A DNA stretch of 64,000 bases from contig CAVSQB010000016.1 of NCBI GenBank assembly GCA_963729895.1, positions 32,001-96,000 of the forward strand, in the 5' to 3' direction. The notes under the pieces were generated by a model. That model had not been told where the DNA came from and did not search any database. It saw only the letters and a list, made by a program, of their open reading frames with translations. This stretch comes from an uncultured Fibrobacterota bacterium. Its GTDB lineage: Bacteria > Fibrobacterota > Chitinivibrionia > Chitinivibrionales > FEN-1185. Shown here in pieces: positions 58,176 through 64,000 of the stretch (its first letter is position 1; each line of letters begins with the position of its first letter). A program made the position numbers and the translations under genes.

Positions 58176-58206
58176 GAGGCGGGATTGTTTCAATTTGCAA
58201 AAGCAA

Positions 58207-58668
58207 CTAGAACAAGTCTTCTTTATTGAAATTCAGCCCACCATTAATTGTTTCGGCAAAGGATTTTACTTTTAGTTCAATTGCATCTCTCACAGCCCTT
58301 GTCTTTGCCATAATTTCTTCTTTTGAGCCGGTAAACCGGCCGGGGTCATCAAAAGGCCAGTGCAGCCTTACGGATACGCCCGGGAAAATCGGACAACGCT
58401 CGGCGGCTTCCCTGTCGCACACGGATATGACATACGAGAAAACCTGGTTTTGCCTGTAAAGATCGAATGCACTCTTGGTTTTGTTATTCGAAATATCGAT
58501 ACCCAGTTCCTGCATTGCCTCAACTACATTCCGATTCAGCGCACCGGCTTCAAGTCCGGCGCTCGTTGCTTCAAATTTGTCAGGATAATACTTATTCAGG
58601 AACGCCTCCGCCATCTGGCTCCGGGCGGAATTGTGAACGCATAGAAACAGCACTCGAATTCTATCCAT
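58207..58668 (-). CDS. arsC: Arsenate reductase, LMW-PTP/thioredoxin type
   Basis: [30 protein letters not shown]. Confidence 0.9.
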   Translation of the reverse strand: MDRIRVLFLCVHNSARSQMAEAFLNKYYPDKFEATSAGLEAGALNRNVVEAMQELGIDISNNKTKSAFDLYRQNQVFSYVISVCDREAAERCPIFPGVSVRLHWPFDDPGRFTGSKEEIMAKTRAVRDAIELKVKSFAETINGGLNFNKEDLF

Positions 58669-58713
58669 GACACTTCCCTTTTATCCGGCGGAGAAATTGA
58701 ATTTCTTGATTTT

Positions 58714-58743
58714 AAAATAGAGTGGCGCCATTAGAATACTGTT
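58714..58743 (-). promoter_or_regulatory. Pho-box-like array for arsC, split by IS1182
   Basis: ATTAG-N6-GTT|IS|GTTAG-N6-GCAAG; TATTTT 10 bp from the proximal half-site. Confidence 0.6.
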
Positions 58744-60570
58744 GAGCCTGTAGAAAAAGTCCCTTTCCCGCCACTTTTACCTGAAATTCCGGTCTTTTTT
58801 CCTTATATTATTTGTAAACTCAGCAGGAAGGAAGGCCGATGGCCCGCTACAAAGAGTATTCCTACGAACAAGGCAAGCTTATCCCCATCACGTTTCGCGA
58901 GCAGATCATTCCGGGCAGTTTCGAGTTCGCGTTGAGCGAGATCGTGGATAATGTGCTGGACCTTTCTGTTTTCGAGGGCCGGTTTACCAACGACGAGACC
59001 GGTGCGCCCGCGTACGACCCGCGCGTGATGCTGAAGATTGTTCTCTACGCGTATTCCCGGGGCATCATGCACAGCCGGGACATAGCGCGCTGCTGCGAGG
59101 AGAACGTGATGTTCATGGCACTCTCGGCCGATACGAAGCCGCATTTTACGACGATTGCACATTTTATTTCGTCGATGCATGTGGAGATCACGCCGCTGTT
59201 CCGAGACATCCTGTTGTATTGCGCGGAGGAGGGATTGATCAGCCGGCAAATGTTTGCGATCGATGGCTGCAAGATGTCTTCGAACTGCGCCAAGGAGTGG
59301 AGCGGCACACTCGAGGATTTCGAGAAGCGGAAGAAGAAGATAGAGTACCAGGTTCGTTTTCTTTTGCGCAAGCACCGCGAGTGCGATGAGCGTGAACTTG
59401 GCGAGGACATACGGAAGAAGGAACGGAAGGCGATCAACCACCTTCGTTCGAAGGTGCGCAAGATCAACCGTTGGATGCGGAAAAACGAGGATAAGCGCGG
59501 GGCTAAGGGACAGGCGAAGAAGAGCAACATCACGGACAACGAGAGCGCGAAGATGCCGAGCTCACACGGCGTGATCCAGGGCTACAACGGCGCCGCGGCG
59601 GTTGATGAAAAGCGCCAGGTGATCGTTCATGCCGAGGCATTCAGCGAGGGGACGGACAACGCGCTTTTGAAGCCGATGATCGACGGTGTGCGGGAGAACT
59701 TTGAGGCCATAGGCGAGCCCGACATTTTTACTCAGGCGAAAGTGACTGCGGACAGCGGTTTTCATAGCGAAGCGAACATGCAGATGCTTGCGGAAGAAGG
59801 AGTGGACGGGTACGTTGCGGACAATAAATTCCGCAAGCGCGACCCGCAGTTTGCGGATGCGGACCGGCACAAAAATCCGATTGACCGCAACAAGACGCCG
59901 GTACGGTCAAAGCACTACTTTACCCCAAGTGATTTTATCCTGAATGAATCCGACGGCACGCTTACCTGCCCTGCAGGCAACAAGCTTTACGTGTTGAACA
60001 AGAACTATGTCGGGACGCGTGGCGAACACGGGATCGCCTATGCCGGGAGAAAAGCCGACTGCCTTGCATGTGAAATTCGGAAGAAATGTTTGCGGCTTGA
60101 CCATACGGAGCGCAGACAGGTGGTGAAGTTCGATCAATCCGGCCCACGATCAACGGGGGCCTATACCAAACGGATGATCGAGAAATTCGACTCCGCCTTC
60201 GGCAGGTACATATACAGCAGGCGAATGGGCACGGTGGAACCGGTGTTCGCCAACATCTGCCGGACGCTCGGCCTCGATAGGATTACCGTGCGCACCAGGA
60301 CAAAGGCCGATACGCAATGGAAGCTGTACTCGATGGTGCACAACATTTTCAAGATTTACCGGTTCGGGCCTTCCTATGGGCATTAGCAAGAGCCCGGGGG
60401 CCGGCTTGTCCCTCACTATAGGGCGCACAAGGCCTCAGATTCACCTAAAAACGCCACTCGCCCCACAATTCTGAACCTGCATTCTTACCTTTCCGCACAA
60501 AGCGCGAATTGACTTGACAGAGAACAAGGGAAATCCGATTTTATTGAAAACAGGGTTTTTCTACAGGCTC
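58744..60570 (+). mobile_element. IS1182-family insertion sequence (1827 bp)
   Basis: Perfect 15-bp TIR GAGCCTGTAGAAAAA; GTT duplicated on both flanks. Confidence 0.92.
58839..60386 (+). CDS. IS1182-family transposase
   Basis: GAPAYDPRVMLKIVLYAY, AIDGCK, ADSGF, CPAG/C..C Zn motif, RMGTVEPVF. Confidence 0.93.
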   Translation: MARYKEYSYEQGKLIPITFREQIIPGSFEFALSEIVDNVLDLSVFEGRFTNDETGAPAYDPRVMLKIVLYAYSRGIMHSRDIARCCEENVMFMALSADTKPHFTTIAHFISSMHVEITPLFRDILLYCAEEGLISRQMFAIDGCKMSSNCAKEWSGTLEDFEKRKKKIEYQVRFLLRKHRECDERELGEDIRKKERKAINHLRSKVRKINRWMRKNEDKRGAKGQAKKSNITDNESAKMPSSHGVIQGYNGAAAVDEKRQVIVHAEAFSEGTDNALLKPMIDGVRENFEAIGEPDIFTQAKVTADSGFHSEANMQMLAEEGVDGYVADNKFRKRDPQFADADRHKNPIDRNKTPVRSKHYFTPSDFILNESDGTLTCPAGNKLYVLNKNYVGTRGEHGIAYAGRKADCLACEIRKKCLRLDHTERRQVVKFDQSGPRSTGAYTKRMIEKFDSAFGRYIYSRRMGTVEPVFANICRTLGLDRITVRTRTKADTQWKLYSMVHNIFKIYRFGPSYGH

Positions 60571-60659
60571 GTTAGTTCTTTGCAAGAATTTCGGACAAGA
60601 TGTTAGACCGCTCATGATGCCGCGTCCGGTGCGCCGCCCGACCGGGCTCAAACAGCGTG

Positions 60660-61703
60660 TTATTTCACCGTCTCCACATCCAGAATCACAAACGTCCCCG
60701 GCTTCACCTGCGGCCTCGGCTTCTGATTGTCCGCCGTCGGCGCGGGAGCGGGCCCGAATTCGGCAGTGGGCAGGTACATATGGTGCGTCTTTTTGTCAAG
60801 CGCCATGGTCCTTGCACCCTTTTGCGTGGCAACGGTTTCAAGGACTTTGAAAGAACCATCGGCCTGCTCCTGCACAACGGTGAGCGTTCCATCACCGCAG
60901 GAAGCGTAGGCGCGCTTGAGCGAAGGGTCCCAGGCGGCTGCATCAACGTGATCGCCGATGGGCAGGGAAGCAAGCACTTTCCCGGCCTTTGCGTCCGCAA
61001 TAACCATCAGTTTGTTGCCGCACCCGATAAACAGCCTGTTCCCTGTAACGTCAAGCGCGAGCGCGCTGGGCCCTTCTCCGGGAGCAACCGCAAACTTTCT
61101 CGTCACTTTCATGGTTTTCGCGTCGATCACGTCCACCAGATTCTTGTCCTCGATATTGTCAAAGATGGATCCCTGCCCATCGGATGCCGGAAATTCCGGC
61201 TTGCCGTCGAGGGAAATCGTGGCGACCACTTTTTCGGATTTGGCGTCGATGACGGTTGCGTTTGACGTCTTCCCGTTGAACGTATAGACCGAATGGGAAA
61301 ACGCGTCGTATAGAATCGCATCGGGATTGAGTCCGGTGACCGGGATTTTCCCGAGTACCTTGAGAGTTGACAAATCAAAGACGGTCACCGATGAATCCTT
61401 GCCGTTGCTCGCAAAGCCTTTGCCAACGTCGTGCGCCACTGCGATTCCGTGCACGCCTTTTGTGTCGGGAATTGTGCCTATTGTCTTCCCGGACTTCGCA
61501 TCCACCACCTGGACCACGGTTCCATGGGAAACGAATAATCGACCAGTGGAATCGTCTGAAGTGATATAATCCCAGCCGCCGTCACCATCGACGTGAATCC
61601 TGGTGACAATCTTATAGCGGGAATCGGACGTCCGGGGCGCGTCTGCACAGGCGCCAACGAAGAAAACTGTCGAACAAGCAAGCATGATAAGCCACGTTTT
61701 CAT
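60660..61703 (-). CDS. YncE/YVTN beta-propeller lipoprotein
   Basis: GGWDY, GVHGIA, NPDAILYD, GARTMALD; lipobox-like VGAC. Confidence 0.88.
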   Translation of the reverse strand: MKTWLIMLACSTVFFVGACADAPRTSDSRYKIVTRIHVDGDGGWDYITSDDSTGRLFVSHGTVVQVVDAKSGKTIGTIPDTKGVHGIAVAHDVGKGFASNGKDSSVTVFDLSTLKVLGKIPVTGLNPDAILYDAFSHSVYTFNGKTSNATVIDAKSEKVVATISLDGKPEFPASDGQGSIFDNIEDKNLVDVIDAKTMKVTRKFAVAPGEGPSALALDVTGNRLFIGCGNKLMVIADAKAGKVLASLPIGDHVDAAAWDPSLKRAYASCGDGTLTVVQEQADGSFKVLETVATQKGARTMALDKKTHHMYLPTAEFGPAPAPTADNQKPRPQVKPGTFVILDVETVK

Positions 61704-62074
61704 GATTTCCTTTCCGCAGGATTTCCTGCTCTGTCTGGTTGGTTCCGGGATTCAGTCCGCATGGAAAATACTTCCGTCACAGTATCTTGCACCACGACGG
61801 AGGAATCGCCCCATTCACCTGTGCGCAAATGCGCCTTTGAGGAGACTTGAAAGGACCGGGCCTACATCCTCGCGGTTGTCGGCAAACTCTTTCGATTCAC
61901 GGAGGGAAGAATGTGACAAAGACGATTTTACAGCAAGCACCCGCTTCTTGTCAAGGCGGAAAATCAAAACGGCGACCGCTTTCTCCAACCAACCGCTATT
62001 TCTCCCGGCCCTTTTTCGGGGGAATTGACCCGCACGATTCATCGTCAAAGCAGCTGCGGCCACCATTGCACCCC

Positions 62075-62434
62075 CTACATCTGAAACGCAAGTACGCCGC
62101 GCCTGCGATCAATCCTCGAACGTGCGTACTGCGGGTACATCACGAACAGGTGCCCGGGATTGTCCCCGCCTTCAACGGGGATGTCCGCCGACACGGATTG
62201 ACTGTAACCTTCACTTTCGGCAATAAGGGAATACACTGCCGGCGCAACGTTGATAAGCACGAAATTGCCGTGATCGTCGGAGTAGGTACATTGGCCGGTC
62301 TCGCGGATCCACACCCTGCTGTGCCTGATGGCATTGCCGTCCATGTCGAGCACTTTGCCGCGCACATGCCCCAGGTTGGGGTCCATGCGCTGCCTTCTGG
62401 CGTTTTCGTCCGCTTCAAAAGTGAAACAAACCAT
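62075..62434 (-). CDS. Stand-alone carboxypeptidase-regulatory-like domain protein
   Basis: VRGKVLD.DGNAI...SDDHGNF...YSLIAESEGY; RBS AGGAGG; no signal peptide. Confidence 0.7.
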   Translation of the reverse strand: MVCFTFEADENARRQRMDPNLGHVRGKVLDMDGNAIRHSRVWIRETGQCTYSDDHGNFVLINVAPAVYSLIAESEGYSQSVSADIPVEGGDNPGHLFVMYPQYARSRIDRRRGVLAFQM

Positions 62435-62469
62435 ACCATGTCCTCCTTTTCCTGGTTTTGTCGGTAATA

Positions 62470-62523
62470 AAATTACGCCGCACGGATTAGAAGTCACTGA
62501 GGGTATTGTTAGAAATTCGTTTT
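62470..62523 (-). promoter_or_regulatory. Pho-box-like array plus -10
   Basis: ATTAG/CTGAG/GTTAG/GTTTT at 62486, 62497, 62508, 62519; TAATTT 10 bp downstream on the coding strand. Confidence 0.65.
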
Positions 62524-62806
62524 GAAAGGCGATGAACCACTACGGGCAGGGGTCTCCGCGTAAATGCACTGGAATAACGCGCCTTGCCTGCGAACTGGCG
62601 GCGGTTTTCATTCCGCCCTTCATTGGAGAACCTCGTCCCGCGGGACGAGAAATCTTCCATCCCTTTGGAAAAAAACATGTCTATAGTCGCTCGCTATGGG
62701 ATTCATGCTCAGCGTCGCCATGGAAGGCGGGTGCTGTTTGTATTATTTTTGATGGAAGGAAGATGCTTCTGATGACGCACCTGGACAGTGTCACCCTGGG
62801 CCGAAC

Positions 62807-63826
62807 ATGAACTTCTTTTGCCGTCCCCCGCTTTTTTGTCTCTTCTTCTTTGTCATTCTGCCCTGTTCGGTCCCTGTGGCGGCCCAGGAACCGGGTCGGG
62901 CCCTGGAGCCGGTTCTTCTTGACGCCAAAAGCTACGTCGAGATCTTCACGCTTACGGCCATGCACGACGATCACACCTTTGTCCAGGTCCAGATGACCTT
63001 TACAAACCTGGGGCTAAAGAACAGGAACGCCGCCTGCAAGGCGCTTGTGCTTAACCCAGCCAAGAATCCCTGGAAAGCGAACGAGAAATTTAACCGAAAG
63101 CAATGGAGTTACTCGGAAGCCAAAGTCCCCACGCTGCGGGTGGGAACCAACACCCTGGTGGCACTTAAAGACAAGACCTGCCTCTTTGCGAACCTTGGCA
63201 CAAGCACGGTGAACATTTCCCTGCACGGAGTGCCTGCACCCATGGAAACGCCCAACATCGACTTCCCGAAAAACGCGTCCGGAAAATTCTATTCACACAC
63301 AATCATCGTTCCCTGGTCCCGGGTTGAAACGACGCTTGACGTACCCGGATTTCCCCGGGAAGAGCTGCATGGATTCGGCATGCTCGAACGGGCGCGATCC
63401 GTGGGGACGTCCAGGGACGTGTGCCGGGGATGGGTGACGTTCAGGGGATTTGATGGAGACAATTATTTTCTGGCCGACTTCCGGCTTCCGCCGAAGGAAA
63501 ATTCCCCCGCCACCGGCTGGATCTGGAAAGACGGGCAGCAAGAGCCCCGCGCCATGACCGGCCTGCGAATCGGGAGCGAATTCTCCCTAGTTGACGGGAA
63601 GAAAATAGAGGCCCCCGTCGTTTCTGCGCTCGATGCTTCCTTCAGGATTTCCGGCCGGGGCCTGCTGCGCGAGTATTCGTTTGTTGACGAACTCGGCGCC
63701 TTTACGGGAACACTGGTGAAGCTGGTGATTGGAAAACCCCTCGTCAGATATTACGACGCGAATGTCGAACTCTCCGGCGGAAAACAGGCGCTGCACGGCG
63801 TTTTGGAGCTGACGACGATCGAGTAA
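62807..63826 (+). CDS. Exported beta-rich protein, paralog of 39234-40241
   Basis: Colinear motifs YVEIFT..DDHTFVQVQMTFTNLG..NAAC, VPWSR, RSVG, RGW, DELG, GVLE. Confidence 0.65.
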   Translation: MNFFCRPPLFCLFFFVILPCSVPVAAQEPGRALEPVLLDAKSYVEIFTLTAMHDDHTFVQVQMTFTNLGLKNRNAACKALVLNPAKNPWKANEKFNRKQWSYSEAKVPTLRVGTNTLVALKDKTCLFANLGTSTVNISLHGVPAPMETPNIDFPKNASGKFYSHTIIVPWSRVETTLDVPGFPREELHGFGMLERARSVGTSRDVCRGWVTFRGFDGDNYFLADFRLPPKENSPATGWIWKDGQQEPRAMTGLRIGSEFSLVDGKKIEAPVVSALDASFRISGRGLLREYSFVDELGAFTGTLVKLVIGKPLVRYYDANVELSGGKQALHGVLELTTIE

Positions 63827-63862
63827 CGATGGACACGATTCTTTCGAAAAAGTTGTTCTAAA

Positions 63863-64000
63863 ATGCTCAACCTTCACTTTGCCCCGTCCGCCGGCCTTCT
63901 GGTTCCCGAGCTGCTCAGCAGGATCCGTTCAGTCTGGACCGACCCCTTCCGGCCGCCCACGATCCTTGTTCCAAGCCCGGCAGTCGGCACATGGCTGCAC
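63863..64000 (+). CDS. recC: Exodeoxyribonuclease V gamma subunit, 5' fragment
   Basis: MLNLHF...DPFRPPTILVPSPAVGTWL resembles the RecC N-terminus (DPF.PE.ILV.S..MAQWL); only 46 codons visible. Confidence 0.65.
   Translation, partial: MLNLHFAPSAGLLVPELLSRIRSVWTDPFRPPTILVPSPAVGTWLH

Noticed and set aside
61815..62066. 83-aa minus-strand ORF between yncE-like and carboxypeptidase-like genes
   Set aside because: No motif or clear RBS; cannot support as coding.
1..64000. CRISPR array, tRNA, rRNA, prophage or anti-phage system
   Set aside because: No repeat-spacer periodicity, structural RNA signatures, cas, phage or defence motifs were seen by eye; small ncRNAs cannot be excluded without a covariance search.

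Overview
Gene-dense bacterial chromosomal DNA. Probable origin is the FCB group, possibly Fibrobacterota; this is inferred from secretion-tail-like C-terminal domains and a DUF3450/ExbB/TonB operon. Bases 1-13.2 kb hold the start of a polysaccharide export locus (wza/wzc-like), stress genes (pirin, osmC, rubrerythrin-like, bfr), a Ser/Thr kinase, a PAS histidine kinase and a GGDEF protein, three of these loci having sigma54-type promoters. Bases ~13.4-62.5 kb look like a ~49-kb phosphate-starvation island. It contains pstS-porin-pstCAB-phoU-phoB-phoR-phoU, three metallophosphoesterases, arsC, and a TonB-dependent receptor operon with a divergent ExbB/ExbD/TonB energiser. It also contains a candidate phosphorus-free glycolipid module: PHP-GT4 fusion, GH67-like protein, Svf1-like protein, GT21/GT-B fusion and LpxH/PlcP-like hydrolase. 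The strongest unannotated signal is a non-canonical Pho-box-like promoter architecture in 15 intergenic positions. It consists of 2-4 CTAAC-like half-sites at an exact 11-bp period, followed 10 bp later by an NAWWTT-like hexamer, always oriented toward the adjacent gene. Two identical IS5-family copies split a CBS hybrid kinase and a small P-loop ORF, and an IS1182 element has inserted inside the arsC box. The window ends in the 5' end of recC. All calls are from reading motifs by eye; no database search was run.
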